IMG/VR virus record: IMGVR_UViG_2974782369_000001
Span: 32,001 to 96,000 of that record
Source of the DNA: a virus
Lineage: Duplodnaviria > Caudoviricetes
Strand: one strand, 5' to 3'
DNA: 64,000 nucleotides
Every line of letters begins with the position of its first letter. The first letter of the stretch is position 1. A model generated the notes under the pieces. The model searched no databases. It worked only from the letters and a program-made list of their open reading frames with translations, and was not told the origin of the DNA. A program made the position numbers and the translations under genes. Positions 47,647-57,799 of this stretch are shown here, in pieces.

Positions 47647-48071
47647 CCGATAGACCTAACGACCTCAGCGCCCATACTAGCACTCTTGGGGGTGGGAGTC
47701 AAGGACAATCCGATGTTTGGAAGCACTTGTAGGATTGTCACTGCAGTGGTAAGGACAGCACCCGCCATCCAGATCCACTTTTGATTCTCTTCAATCTTTT
47801 TATTCTGCTCATGAAACTTTAGTTTCACGCCCTTATCAATATCAGCGATCTCTTCTTTCAATTCTTCAATCATCTTGATGATGAGTTGGTCTGCTCTCTC
47901 ACTCTCAGCAAGACGATTCTCGTGACGCTCTAGAATAATTGCGACCCTGTTACTATTTTCACTAATAGTCGCAACTGCTCTTTCAAGCTTATCGAGCATT
48001 TCTTTTGAGAGGTCTTCATAGATATCGAGTTTAGATTCAAGTACTGCTAATTTTTGGAGACCGAATGCCAT
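47643..48071 (-). CDS. coiled-coil membrane protein
   Basis: Heptad repeats followed by a TM segment. Confidence 0.7.
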   Translation of the reverse strand: MAFGLQKLAVLESKLDIYEDLSKEMLDKLERAVATISENSNRVAIILERHENRLAESERADQLIIKMIEELKEEIADIDKGVKLKFHEQNKKIEENQKWIWMAGAVLTTAVTILQVLPNIGLSLTPTPKSASMGAEVVRSIG

Positions 48072-48072
48072 C

Positions 48073-48825
48073 TTACCTATCTACAGTCTGTTGAGCACCA
48101 CCAGTTCTTGCTTTCAACTTCAAAGACTGAATCTTTTTCTGAAGTTGCTTCTGCATTTCCATTTTCTTCATTTCAACTTTCTTCTTCTCATTAGCAATCT
48201 GCTGTTGCGTCATCTGCATTTGCATTTGCTTATCGTCCTGCTCTCTCACATTACGAAGTGCTTTCTGACGCTTGTCCATATAGAATTTACCTGCTTCGCC
48301 AGGAAAGATTCTTTCAATCTTAATGTCGCCTCTGTAGCGAGGATTGATAAGAAGACGCATCTTCTGTGCCAACTCTGCAGGAGAGTTTGCGAAGATGATT
48401 GTATCTCCAACCTCAGGAATGCTTACCTTGTATTGGAATAGTCTAGAGGGCATCGTAGGATTCTCTCTAGACTCTGTAGTATATCCTGCTGCAGCATCAG
48501 TGTTGTGCTCGGTGTCAGTGATCTTTGCTTGGACCCAAGCAGGAATATTCTTTTCTTTATTACCTAACTTCTTCTTAAGTGTCTTAATATTTTTCTCTGC
48601 CTTCTTCAACTGTGCCTGCGCCATAGACACTTCATGATCCTTCTCTTCTTTGTGTGTATTACCAGGCATCATAGTGCCATCAGGCATGACGTGGTAACCT
48701 TTCTTTTCTTCTTTCTTTTTATCCTTCAACTTGCGGCGAAACTTCATGACAGGATCATACCCAGCGGTAGGACCAGTTGCTGCGTCCCCGCCAGTGAATC
48801 CAGTTGTCATCATTTCTTCCTTCAT
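48073..48825 (-). CDS. hypothetical protein, probable internal head protein
   Basis: Modular and basic; AGYDP and PAWVQAKIT segments. Confidence 0.65.
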   Translation of the reverse strand: MKEEMMTTGFTGGDAATGPTAGYDPVMKFRRKLKDKKKEEKKGYHVMPDGTMMPGNTHKEEKDHEVSMAQAQLKKAEKNIKTLKKKLGNKEKNIPAWVQAKITDTEHNTDAAAGYTTESRENPTMPSRLFQYKVSIPEVGDTIIFANSPAELAQKMRLLINPRYRGDIKIERIFPGEAGKFYMDKRQKALRNVREQDDKQMQMQMTQQQIANEKKKVEMKKMEMQKQLQKKIQSLKLKARTGGAQQTVDR

Positions 48826-49184
48826 ATCTTTACCAGATTTTCCTGAATGTCTTCGTCTATCTCCAATTCGGGTAGCATACCCATAGGATATTTATTCAAG
48901 AACACTAAAAAGGTTTTCAACATGCACCAATACTCCCTCTCTAACTTAAAGAAGAGTAATGGTGTAGTCGCTTCGCCAAAAACATTATACAGAATAATGA
49001 GATGGTTAATAATAAGGTGGGTCCTGAGTGACCCACCTTTTAGGTATCTCTTAAACAATCGCTTGAGATACTTAAACCTTTTCATGTCTTCGTCGAAATC
49101 CTCTCTGGTTACACAGTGAGGATTTTCATAATGTTTCATAGCGAAGAGAATGTAGTTTCCTTCATTCAATTCGCTGAAATTCAT
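48822..49184 (-). CDS. conserved T4-like hypothetical protein
   Basis: FAMKHY.NP.C...F.ED.KRFKYLKRL, NHLIILYNVFG. Confidence 0.8.
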   Translation of the reverse strand: MNFSELNEGNYILFAMKHYENPHCVTREDFDEDMKRFKYLKRLFKRYLKGGSLRTHLIINHLIILYNVFGEATTPLLFFKLEREYWCMLKTFLVFLNKYPMGMLPELEIDEDIQENLVKI

Positions 49185-49190
49185 ATATTA

Positions 49191-49802
49191 TCAGGTGCCG
49201 AATGTCAGAGTTGCTGCGCCATCAGAGATGACTTCTTCCGTGCCACCCGCAGAGGTGACCTTGACGCGATACTTGTAACCATCCAGGCTACCATCTGCAA
49301 GACCGCTGTATGCGAGAGTTGCAGTTGTGAAGTCTGCATAGGTGATACCGCTGTCAAGCGATGCACTGATGTTGGTCCAGCGAGTGCCGCTTGCAGTCTT
49401 ACGCTGCCAGACATAGGACAGAGCACCAGGAGTGCCTGTAGTAGTGGTGGTAAGAGTGAAGGTGCCAGCGCCAGATGCCGATGTGCTGTTTGCAGGTTGT
49501 ACCGAGATCGTTACTGCCGATGCTACGTCTGCAACGATGGTGTCATCAGACTGAGTTTCTGTGCCATCAGGGTTGGAGATGAATGCGAGCATCTCTGCCT
49601 TGTGGCGAGTGTTACCTGCTCCATCAGTGTATGTGCGATATGACCACCAACCAGGACCAGTGATACCACGAGATGCGTTTTCGGCAAGACTTGCTTCAGT
49701 CCCGTCAACGAAAACGATGGTTTCTGTGCCAGCGACAGCAGTGCGAAGTGCTTCGATTGCTTGTTTGTTGGCGGTTGCGTCAGTTCTTCCGTATAAAGAC
49801 AT
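49191..49802 (-). CDS. structural protein with Ig-like domain
   Basis: ISVQP, YVWQR, DGYKYRV motifs; late promoter upstream. Confidence 0.75.
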   Translation of the reverse strand: MSLYGRTDATANKQAIEALRTAVAGTETIVFVDGTEASLAENASRGITGPGWWSYRTYTDGAGNTRHKAEMLAFISNPDGTETQSDDTIVADVASAVTISVQPANSTSASGAGTFTLTTTTTGTPGALSYVWQRKTASGTRWTNISASLDSGITYADFTTATLAYSGLADGSLDGYKYRVKVTSAGGTEEVISDGAATLTFGT

Positions 49803-49830
49803 TGTGCTCCGAAAACGTTTTCCTAATATT

Positions 49831-49838
49831 TATTTATA
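49831..49838 (-). promoter_or_regulatory. T4-type late promoter
   Basis: TATAAATA directly after a GGGG-CGAAAG-CCCC terminator hairpin. Confidence 0.75.
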
Positions 49839-49864
49839 AAAAAGGGGCTTTCGCCCCCTTTTGA

Positions 49865-50059
49865 TCAGCGTGCTTCAAGCGCCGCTTTAACTTTTTCAAA
49901 CAACTCGTCGTCTGCGGTTGTCTTAGTTAGTTTGACTGCTTTGCCAACGATTAGAAGGCAGAGGTCGATGAGTTTCTCACCTAATTCTGCATCATCAGGG
50001 ATCTTAGCAACTGCAGCATCGACTACTTTATATGCTAATGGAAGTAGAAATGATACCAT
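49865..50059 (-). CDS. small hypothetical protein
   Basis: 64 aa MVSFLLPLA...T.T.ADD. Confidence 0.7.
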   Translation of the reverse strand: MVSFLLPLAYKVVDAAVAKIPDDAELGEKLIDLCLLIVGKAVKLTKTTADDELFEKVKAALEAR

Positions 50060-50094
50060 GATTGTTACCAAATAGGATTGTATCCTATATAGGC

Positions 50095-51393
50095 TCAATC
50101 TCTTGGCGAAGTGTGCTTTGCCATCGATTCAACTTCTTTCTTTTCTTTAGAAGTGTAACCATGCTTGACGACCCTAGAAACCTGACGACCAACTCTTCTG
50201 TTATGAGTTTCTGCAGGAGTCTCCTTAGCACCTTTCACCTTTTTCTCTTGACGAGAACCGCCAAAGTGTTTGGCATGTGTTTTGCCCTCAGGTGTTTTGC
50301 CGATATCAAGTTTCTTGCCAGTCTTCTTCTCGTAAGTATCGAGGACTTTCTGACGAGCACGTTTTGCAGCAAGAGTTGCAGCAGATTGCTTGGCACGAAT
50401 AGCAACACCTACACGGTGCTCATCTTTCTTGCCTTCTTTTGCAGCACGAGTTGCTTCATCAAGTTCAATCTCTTCAACATACTGAGAGCGATACTGCCCA
50501 CCAGTTGCCCTATGAGTATCAGCAAGTTCTGCTGCTCTTGCGTCAGCATACTTTTTGCTCTTTACAGGTTTGCCAATCTTCTTCTCCTTCTTTCCATCAG
50601 GAGAACCCATTACTTGAAAGGGCATTTCGTCAAGTTGCTCACCTTCGGGTTCAAAAGAATTCTTGAGAGCAGTCCTAGCAGCACCCTTGAAGTGATCTTT
50701 TCTCACACCCACTTTCTCAGCTTGTCTTGCGACACTAGCAGGAACACCGCCAGGAGAATTGGAAAGTCTAGCAATGTTACTAGCAATCTCCTCTCTACCT
50801 TTTCTGATGTTCTTTACATTTGCTGCACGTCTCTTGGCAGTTTCCTTTGGATTTCCAAGGTATCTGTCCTTCATGCGATCCATGCGGACAGACCTTTCTT
50901 GAATGAAATCGCCAAATGTCAAGAGAGTTTCGGTTTCTGCGATGCTTTGATTGCTTTCTTCTGAAACTTCTTCTTGACTGACATAGGCTACGTCCTCTGT
51001 TTTAGTAGTTTTCTTGGTTTTCTTTTTGGCAGGTTTACCAGACTGACCACGAGTCCTTTCGGCTTCATCATGATCAAAGTCAGGATCTTCCATAGGGTCA
51101 TAATAACCTTCTTCCATACCCTTTGCTTTACGCTTTGCTGCTGCCTTTGCCTTAAGGCGTTCGGCAGCGGCATCACGCTCACTCTTAGGGATAGCGGTAA
51201 CAGCACCGAGTCTTTCAGCAGGTTTGCCAGGGACTGCTGACTCATCCATCTCCTTATCATGACAGGAGCACTTACACTCCTTGTCACAAGTATCCTCACA
51301 TTTAGAGCAACCCTTCTTCTCCTTCAACTGATCCAGTTTAGGATTGATAGTTACTTTTGTTTTTTTCTCGGATAATTCTCTGAAACTTAACAT
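50095..51393 (-). CDS. probable internal head polyprotein
   Basis: Basic modules separated by acidic (L/I)xE sites. Confidence 0.65.
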   Translation of the reverse strand: MLSFRELSEKKTKVTINPKLDQLKEKKGCSKCEDTCDKECKCSCHDKEMDESAVPGKPAERLGAVTAIPKSERDAAAERLKAKAAAKRKAKGMEEGYYDPMEDPDFDHDEAERTRGQSGKPAKKKTKKTTKTEDVAYVSQEEVSEESNQSIAETETLLTFGDFIQERSVRMDRMKDRYLGNPKETAKRRAANVKNIRKGREEIASNIARLSNSPGGVPASVARQAEKVGVRKDHFKGAARTALKNSFEPEGEQLDEMPFQVMGSPDGKKEKKIGKPVKSKKYADARAAELADTHRATGGQYRSQYVEEIELDEATRAAKEGKKDEHRVGVAIRAKQSAATLAAKRARQKVLDTYEKKTGKKLDIGKTPEGKTHAKHFGGSRQEKKVKGAKETPAETHNRRVGRQVSRVVKHGYTSKEKKEVESMAKHTSPRD

Positions 51394-51401
51394 GTTGCTC
51401 C

Positions 51402-51611
51402 TTATTTCAAGTTGTTTGGTATAATTCTGTCATCCATCCACTTGTCCCCAGTCCTTAAAGGTTCTCCAGGTCGGGGTGCAGGAGCACCCTGACACAGAGC
51501 ATTGTTATATCTCATAACCAACATTAATTCTTGCTGAGTCATTTCACCTGGGGCATATGCTAACTTCTCACGAAGATAGCACATTTGATGATATTGTTTC
51601 TTGTCCAGCAT
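51402..51611 (-). CDS. hypothetical protein
   Basis: 69 aa filling the gap between two larger genes. Confidence 0.5.
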   Translation of the reverse strand: MLDKKQYHQMCYLREKLAYAPGEMTQQELMLVMRYNNALCQGAPAPRPGEPLRTGDKWMDDRIIPNNLK

Positions 51612-51614
51612 AAA

Positions 51615-53324
51615 TCACTTACCCTTTTTCTTATCTGCCTCTTGCTTCTTGAGCATTGCCTTACGGTATAGAAGGTCAGCACGAGTGCCACTATCCATTC
51701 TACCCTGAGACTTGGGCTTGGTCTTGCCACCTACATCAGATTGCATACCAGGGTTTGCTGCCTTGACTCTGCGACCGTGAGTGAATTCAGCACCCGATTG
51801 CTTGGAGTCACCAGAGACCATCTTACCGCCATCTGAGCGGGAGTCAGCATACTCTTTGTCAGACTGACCGTGCTTGCCCTTGTAACGCTCTTCAATGACA
51901 TTCTCAATCTCTTCCATAGTGAAGAGACCAGACTCATAGAGATGAGCAATGTGCTCATAGTCTTCACCAAGACGACGAGCAAGTTTGTCACTACCCTTAG
52001 AGATAAGACGAGAGGTCTTACCAACTGCTTTCTTAAGACCTTTCTTGACAAGTCTGCCAACAGATCTTAGAGCACCACCAGCAGCTCTACGGGTTTCACC
52101 AGATTTGCTGGAAGACCCACCACCAGAACTAGACCCATGGCTATTAACGTTAACAGTAACCCCGCCACCACCAGAGGAAGAAGTGCTGCTAGAAGATTTG
52201 CCTCTGGTATCTGCTAGTAGTTTATCGAGTTTGCCACCCGTGCCGTCATCATCGTCAGACTTTTCTTTTGCGGGAGTCTTCTGCATCGAAGCACGCTTTG
52301 CTTTGATTCTTGCTGCTTCTTTCTCACCCTGATAGGTGCCTGCAACTTTACCAGCAGTAGAAACAGCAGCCTTACCTGCCAGTTTAGCACCTGCCTTAAC
52401 AGCGCCACCAACTTTCTTAGCAGCACTCTTTGCAGCAGACTTCATACGCTGTAGTCTAGAAGGTCTAGCAGGAGCACTAGACTTTTCAGCAGCAGACTTC
52501 ATTGCAGCACCAGTTGCAAGTCTATCCTTTGCCTGATCTCTACGACGTTGGATCTCTTTGGGATCCATTCTTTCAGAAATAACTTCTACTTCGTCAAGTG
52601 CTTCGCAGATTTCAAGTAGATCTTGCTCATCTTCAGCAACTTCCAGAATGATTTCTTCCATGAAGTCGATGAGCTCCTCATCGGTCATGACATCAATCTC
52701 TTCACCGAGCATTGCCAACTCTTGCCACTCTGCATCAGAGAATGCAAATGCTTCTTGCTTTTTCTTCTCTTTCTCAATACGAGCAGACATCCTACGAATC
52801 TGGTCGATACTCATGTTACCAATACCAGTGAAACCTGCCTTGGAAGGATCGGTTTGCTTTTTGCTGTCATCCTTATAACCACCCGCAGCACGAGCAGCAG
52901 CACGATTCTCACCTAACACTTCAGCATTCTTGTCGTAGTTATCGAAGTGCTCATGCTTCTCGGAAATCAGAATCTCAAGATCTTCGACAGGGACATTCTC
53001 GTAGATATACTTGCCGTTAGTGATATCGTAGTGAGTTACGGTGCCATCCTCAAGCATCGTGTGCATTTCGGGGATGACATCAAACTCTTCCTTAACGCTA
53101 CCATCGGGAGCATACTTGACAAGTTTTGCACAGTCATGACCTTTGGGTTTCTTCTTACCACCCTCTTCGTCTTGACCAAGAGCACCAGTAACAATGTCTG
53201 CCTGGGTTACTCTGTCATAAGGCACGGCATTATTAGCAAGATTGCCGTCTCCTTTTTTCTTTGCTTCGTACATCTGCACCTGTCTCAGTGCATCTGTCAT
53301 GTCTGGAAGATCTCTAAGATTCAT
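51615..53324 (-). CDS. probable internal head polyprotein
   Basis: 569 aa, alternating acidic and K/A-rich modules; late-like GATAAATA upstream. Confidence 0.65.
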   Translation of the reverse strand: MNLRDLPDMTDALRQVQMYEAKKKGDGNLANNAVPYDRVTQADIVTGALGQDEEGGKKKPKGHDCAKLVKYAPDGSVKEEFDVIPEMHTMLEDGTVTHYDITNGKYIYENVPVEDLEILISEKHEHFDNYDKNAEVLGENRAAARAAGGYKDDSKKQTDPSKAGFTGIGNMSIDQIRRMSARIEKEKKKQEAFAFSDAEWQELAMLGEEIDVMTDEELIDFMEEIILEVAEDEQDLLEICEALDEVEVISERMDPKEIQRRRDQAKDRLATGAAMKSAAEKSSAPARPSRLQRMKSAAKSAAKKVGGAVKAGAKLAGKAAVSTAGKVAGTYQGEKEAARIKAKRASMQKTPAKEKSDDDDGTGGKLDKLLADTRGKSSSSTSSSGGGGVTVNVNSHGSSSGGGSSSKSGETRRAAGGALRSVGRLVKKGLKKAVGKTSRLISKGSDKLARRLGEDYEHIAHLYESGLFTMEEIENVIEERYKGKHGQSDKEYADSRSDGGKMVSGDSKQSGAEFTHGRRVKAANPGMQSDVGGKTKPKSQGRMDSGTRADLLYRKAMLKKQEADKKKGK

Positions 53325-53328
53325 TTTA

Positions 53329-54477
53329 CTAAGCGTCCTTGTCCTTTTTATTTATCTTGCGAATGAATTCACCAGGGGTGAGTTTTCTCATATAGTTAGC
53401 AAGTTTATCTGTACCCATCTCACCAGCAGGTGTGAAGTCAAACAATTTGATATCGATTCTCTCAACCAAATCCTTCAACCATGCTCTATAAACATTGTCA
53501 TTCTCATCAATGTAAATAAGATGATTGCTGCCTCTGCTAACAATCTTTCCAATAACACCAGTGTTTACATTCTCAACAAAGGTGCCAACCTTAAACATGT
53601 CACCGTTGATGTATGCTTCACGCAAACCTCTGGGATCTAGTTTAGGTGCAATCTCGTGCAGAGAGAAAGATGCATCACAGAAATCTTCAACTGATTCAAG
53701 TTGCATGGAGTTTCTAACTGCCTTATACAATTGCTCCTTTTCCTTCACACTCATCGAAGAAGGAATACCTGACTTGAAAGTATTGAAATCATCTTCTGCT
53801 GCTGCCTGTCTCATCTTAGATGCAGACATACCTTCAACGCCATCAGCATCGGGGTCACGATCACCAGCAGAAACAACTAGAATATTCTCAAACTCATAGA
53901 GATCACCGTTGTATTTCTGTGCAAGAGAATTGAATTCAGAAACTCTATCTCCACCAACGACGATCTTTACCTCAGAGAATCCTTCATCAGAGAGCGTCGT
54001 TAGCACATCAAAGATGGTGCGAAGCTCAGAAGATGTAGAAATTGCATTGGCATAATCGGGATATGCCATCTTCATAAACTTAATCTTCTCATTAGGACTG
54101 AGAGGATTCTTCTTAGGATCTTGAGTTTGACTAGGATAGATTCTAAATGCTCCACCCTTCGCTTCCATCTCTACTTTTCTAAGGAGTTTTTCATGCCCAA
54201 CAGTAGGGGGATTGAATCTTCCAAATGTAATAGCAATTGAGCCTTGATCTTGCGCTGGAGATGCCTCTCCAGTATCATCTTGAGATACATTTTGAGTTGC
54301 TGATACTTGCTCGTCAGGAGTTAATTTTACCAGTTTACCCTGGCGTGACATATGCGTCACCTTGCCTCTTGGATCGGCATACTTGCCATATCCAATGTGC
54401 TTAAGTCCTAATGCACTTGCTGATTTTGCTGCTAGAGATTGTTCTGCTTCGGATAGGAAAGCACTAAACTTCTTCAT
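53329..54477 (-). CDS. HIGH-superfamily nucleotidyltransferase (cytidylyltransferase-like)
   Basis: FGRFNPPTVGH, VGGDR, SASKMR motifs. Confidence 0.85.
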   Translation of the reverse strand: MKKFSAFLSEAEQSLAAKSASALGLKHIGYGKYADPRGKVTHMSRQGKLVKLTPDEQVSATQNVSQDDTGEASPAQDQGSIAITFGRFNPPTVGHEKLLRKVEMEAKGGAFRIYPSQTQDPKKNPLSPNEKIKFMKMAYPDYANAISTSSELRTIFDVLTTLSDEGFSEVKIVVGGDRVSEFNSLAQKYNGDLYEFENILVVSAGDRDPDADGVEGMSASKMRQAAAEDDFNTFKSGIPSSMSVKEKEQLYKAVRNSMQLESVEDFCDASFSLHEIAPKLDPRGLREAYINGDMFKVGTFVENVNTGVIGKIVSRGSNHLIYIDENDNVYRAWLKDLVERIDIKLFDFTPAGEMGTDKLANYMRKLTPGEFIRKINKKDKDA

Positions 54478-55393
54478 TCGTCCAATTTTTATCTAGATTA
54501 AAGTTTGCTTTACTAAAGGTTAGGCGGTCTACAATTTTATAGGGATTGTTAGATACAATCACAAATCCTTCATGGCGAGTCGGTTGACCTTCGATGAAGC
54601 ATTTAACATTACTATTATCTTCAATAGCATCAAGCAGACGCATTTTCAGTTGGTATATCAAAGACCACACTTTGAATGTGTTGAGATTGACATCCTTCTT
54701 ATATTTATCAGGTAGCGCAACATACATTGCGGAGACCGCTGGAAGACTACCTGCACGAATAAAATTGTTGATGTGCTTACAGATTTCTACGCGGACTTTT
54801 GCATTTGGGATCTTAGTAAAGGGGAGCAATGCCACAACCTTTGCAAGAATATCTATACCAGCAAAAGGACACTTATGCATATGAGCAGTCATGGTATTGA
54901 CCATGTAGCAAGTGTCAGAAGAATCGATGGTCAGACCAACACGACCCTTAGCATCAGGAGCAACACGCTCATAGAAAGTATGCGGTGCTAGAATAATTTG
55001 CTGAGTAATCGGGTGAGCAAACTCATACTCCAGAGTATTAGGAGAAAAAACATTACCCCCACCGACACCGATCCAATCAGCTTGGACAATACCACGGATG
55101 CGAGGAGCATAGCGATAAACCAACCGCAGAATATCAGCAACATTACCTTTGTGATTCTTAGCAATGTCCTCATAGGAATAGTTGATTAGGACTTTCTTTT
55201 TATTAAAGACCGACTTAGTGCCCACAAAGAAGCGACCGTTATCAGGATTGGTGCCAAAAACAACAGCAGGTGCGCCATCATACTTGACGCTGATATTGCT
55301 GGTCATGGTCAATGCCTGCTTGATAGCATATAATGCGGTGCGACGACCATAGAAAATGGAGTCTTCTATATGCTCTAGGTGCTTATTGGGCAT
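54464..55393 (-). CDS. conserved phage protein with ligase-like motifs
   Basis: KHLEH, KYDG, EGFV, YKIVDR motifs. Confidence 0.7.
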   Translation of the reverse strand: MPNKHLEHIEDSIFYGRRTALYAIKQALTMTSNISVKYDGAPAVVFGTNPDNGRFFVGTKSVFNKKKVLINYSYEDIAKNHKGNVADILRLVYRYAPRIRGIVQADWIGVGGGNVFSPNTLEYEFAHPITQQIILAPHTFYERVAPDAKGRVGLTIDSSDTCYMVNTMTAHMHKCPFAGIDILAKVVALLPFTKIPNAKVRVEICKHINNFIRAGSLPAVSAMYVALPDKYKKDVNLNTFKVWSLIYQLKMRLLDAIEDNSNVKCFIEGQPTRHEGFVIVSNNPYKIVDRLTFSKANFNLDKNWTNEEV

Positions 55394-55475
55394 GAAGGGG
55401 CGTTTTCTTGACCCTTATATAATAGCATGAAAAAACCCCCATGGTGGGGGTCTTGTGCCAGTTTTTATATAGTCC

Positions 55476-57224
55476 CTAGTAGACCTTCACATAGACACTA
55501 GCATTCATTTTTGTTTTACGAGTGGGGGCAAAACCACCTGCTTCTATCAATGCACGCTCTTCACTATTAAGTCCTGTGCCAAAAGCAACAGATGCACATG
55601 CTTCATATAGATTGGTAATAAGTCTCAGCTGCACTTGCTTTTGTTTAATCCCTGCTATAGAAAGACCAAACTCACCTGCCATTGCTTTACTTGCTAGTTT
55701 AGTAGCATTATTCAATTCAGTAATCTTACTAAAGTCTGGTGCGTTATCCTTAGTAATTTCTTTCCAAATTTCACCAACATATTGTTGAAGACGAGCATAT
55801 TGTGCATCATCAAGTTTGTCTAAGTTTGCGTTAAACCAAGGATTAGTTTTAACTCCAATGTCACTATAGTCTTCTTGAATTTGATTTAGTCTGTTCACAC
55901 CTTGCTTTGCAGTGCCATCGATGATGCTTGTAAAATTTCCATATCCTAGAGATCCCATTTTTGCTCTTACGCCAGAGGGTTTCTTTGTTTGCTCAAACTC
56001 CAATTCAATTTTTTTATTATTAACATGATACTTGATACGAACATGCTTCTCCGTACCAGCTTTGACCCGTCCATTTGCAATAGCACCTCTTCTCCTTGCT
56101 GCAAGCATTCCCCTTAAACCTCTGGTCGAAGGAATTTGTATTGTCTGTAATGTAAAATTAATTTTAACATCTCTGTTTTCGGCAGTCATTTCAACCGTAG
56201 GATTATTAGTTAATCCCAATACAACTCTTTCAAAATATTCATCACTATTCACTACGACAACATGTGGTTTCTTAGATGGTTTCTTCAAAGAAATTGGAAT
56301 GATATCCCTAGATCTAAACTTCTCCATCAAGAAGTTATTGCATACATTGATGGCTGGGGTATTTTTTCTTGCCTTGATCACCCTATTAAAATGCACCTGA
56401 TCTATAAGACCTTTCTTAGTCATTACCCAAATGTCTGCGGGATTCCACTTATCTGTTCCAGGAAGACCTAGTTCTTTCTTCACGCGAAGATATGGTGTAT
56501 ATGGATTTCCACTAAAAGTGGTAGCATCAAAGATCTTATCATTGAAGATTTTATGCACGTCTCTCAGATCGAATTTAGTTTTAACTTCCAGCATTGCCAA
56601 CCCTTGAGTATCAATCCAATACTCATTCGTTGCAATTGGTTGTGATCCAAACCTAGCAAGTCTATTTCTAAAATTTGCAGTATTTAAATTAAATCCTCCA
56701 GGTGTGACCATCAATGGTTTACACTTGGAGAATACATCCGATTTAAATTCTACATTTGTGCCATCAATATTCAGCGAATTTTGCATCGTTGCTGCCTCAC
56801 CAAATACAATAGCATATGCCAGACAGTATTGTGCTAATACTTCCGAGTATATTTCAGTATCTCTGCCACCAATTTTATCACCACTATTGGCTTTCATTGG
56901 TTTCACATTGTCTTTCCAAAGATCAGTAACCTTTACTGATCCACCACCCTGCGTTGGTAACGTGTAGGGTCCCAATCCTCTAGGTGTGCCAGACTGCAAA
57001 TATCTTCTCACTTGAGCAACAGTCACCTGCTGCTTCATCTTCTGCACCATTCTCTTGGTGTTTGCTTTGTTGTTAGATGCAATAATAACTTCACCGTTTT
57101 GACCTTGAGTGCCAAGTTTAAATGATTCTCCTTTATCAACCATTTCAATAAATGGCCACCAGTATTTTAGAAGCCCTGTTTTACTATCAACTTTAGATAA
57201 ATCAACCTTGCTTAACTTTGCCAT
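55476..57224 (-). CDS. hypothetical protein with PD-(D/E)XK-like motif
   Basis: KWNPADIW ... IPISLKK. Confidence 0.6.
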   Translation of the reverse strand: MAKLSKVDLSKVDSKTGLLKYWWPFIEMVDKGESFKLGTQGQNGEVIIASNNKANTKRMVQKMKQQVTVAQVRRYLQSGTPRGLGPYTLPTQGGGSVKVTDLWKDNVKPMKANSGDKIGGRDTEIYSEVLAQYCLAYAIVFGEAATMQNSLNIDGTNVEFKSDVFSKCKPLMVTPGGFNLNTANFRNRLARFGSQPIATNEYWIDTQGLAMLEVKTKFDLRDVHKIFNDKIFDATTFSGNPYTPYLRVKKELGLPGTDKWNPADIWVMTKKGLIDQVHFNRVIKARKNTPAINVCNNFLMEKFRSRDIIPISLKKPSKKPHVVVVNSDEYFERVVLGLTNNPTVEMTAENRDVKINFTLQTIQIPSTRGLRGMLAARRRGAIANGRVKAGTEKHVRIKYHVNNKKIELEFEQTKKPSGVRAKMGSLGYGNFTSIIDGTAKQGVNRLNQIQEDYSDIGVKTNPWFNANLDKLDDAQYARLQQYVGEIWKEITKDNAPDFSKITELNNATKLASKAMAGEFGLSIAGIKQKQVQLRLITNLYEACASVAFGTGLNSEERALIEAGGFAPTRKTKMNASVYVKVY

Positions 57225-57431
57225 CTACTCTATGGGATCGTCAAGACTATTTAGATAATCTTTCTCATTCTGGTAGACTTTTTTCTGTCCTGACCATATC
57301 TGATACCCTTCAACAACATCAGGGATTAACCATTGGTCCACCCTATAGCAATACTTCCAGTTGACAGGTTGAATACAATTCATCACGACAACTTGGAAGA
57401 ATGCTACTAGGTGGATCCAGAAACTATACAT
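57225..57431 (-). CDS. hypothetical protein
   Basis: 68 aa, NCIQP.NW.YC. Confidence 0.65.
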   Translation of the reverse strand: MYSFWIHLVAFFQVVVMNCIQPVNWKYCYRVDQWLIPDVVEGYQIWSGQKKVYQNEKDYLNSLDDPIE

Positions 57432-57511
57432 CTACAGAAACAAATTCAACAACATATCTTGTCGTGCGCTCCCCGTATGAGTTGACGGTTTCGACTCGAT
57501 ACCATCGTCCA

Positions 57512-57799
57512 TCATTCAGTTTCGCTAGGTTGTCCAATTGCATCTTGGACATGATGTCCTTTTCGTTCTGGGTCATCGTTTACTGAGGGGGCGAAGGGTG
57601 AGCGAGTGTTGTTTTTAATTACAATGAAAGCATCTTTGTTGTATTTACGAGTGCCAATAGGTGACTGCCACTTCTCATTATAGACTTCACCAACATCGAT
57701 ACCAGAGACTTGAGTGCCTCCGATATCAATTGCAATGTCGTCAGAGGGATCCCAACCCAGTGCTTCAAATGCTTCGATAAACTGAGGGATGATATTCAC
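57512..57799 (-). CDS. hypothetical protein
   Basis: 95 aa, coupled to the mazG stop. Confidence 0.65.
   Translation of the reverse strand: MNIIPQFIEAFEALGWDPSDDIAIDIGGTQVSGIDVGEVYNEKWQSPIGTRKYNKDAFIVIKNNTRSPFAPSVNDDPERKGHHVQDAIGQPSETE

Noticed and set aside
50062-50964. 300-aa plus-strand ORF
   Set aside because: Antisense to a K/E-rich gene, giving an L/F/S-rich artefact
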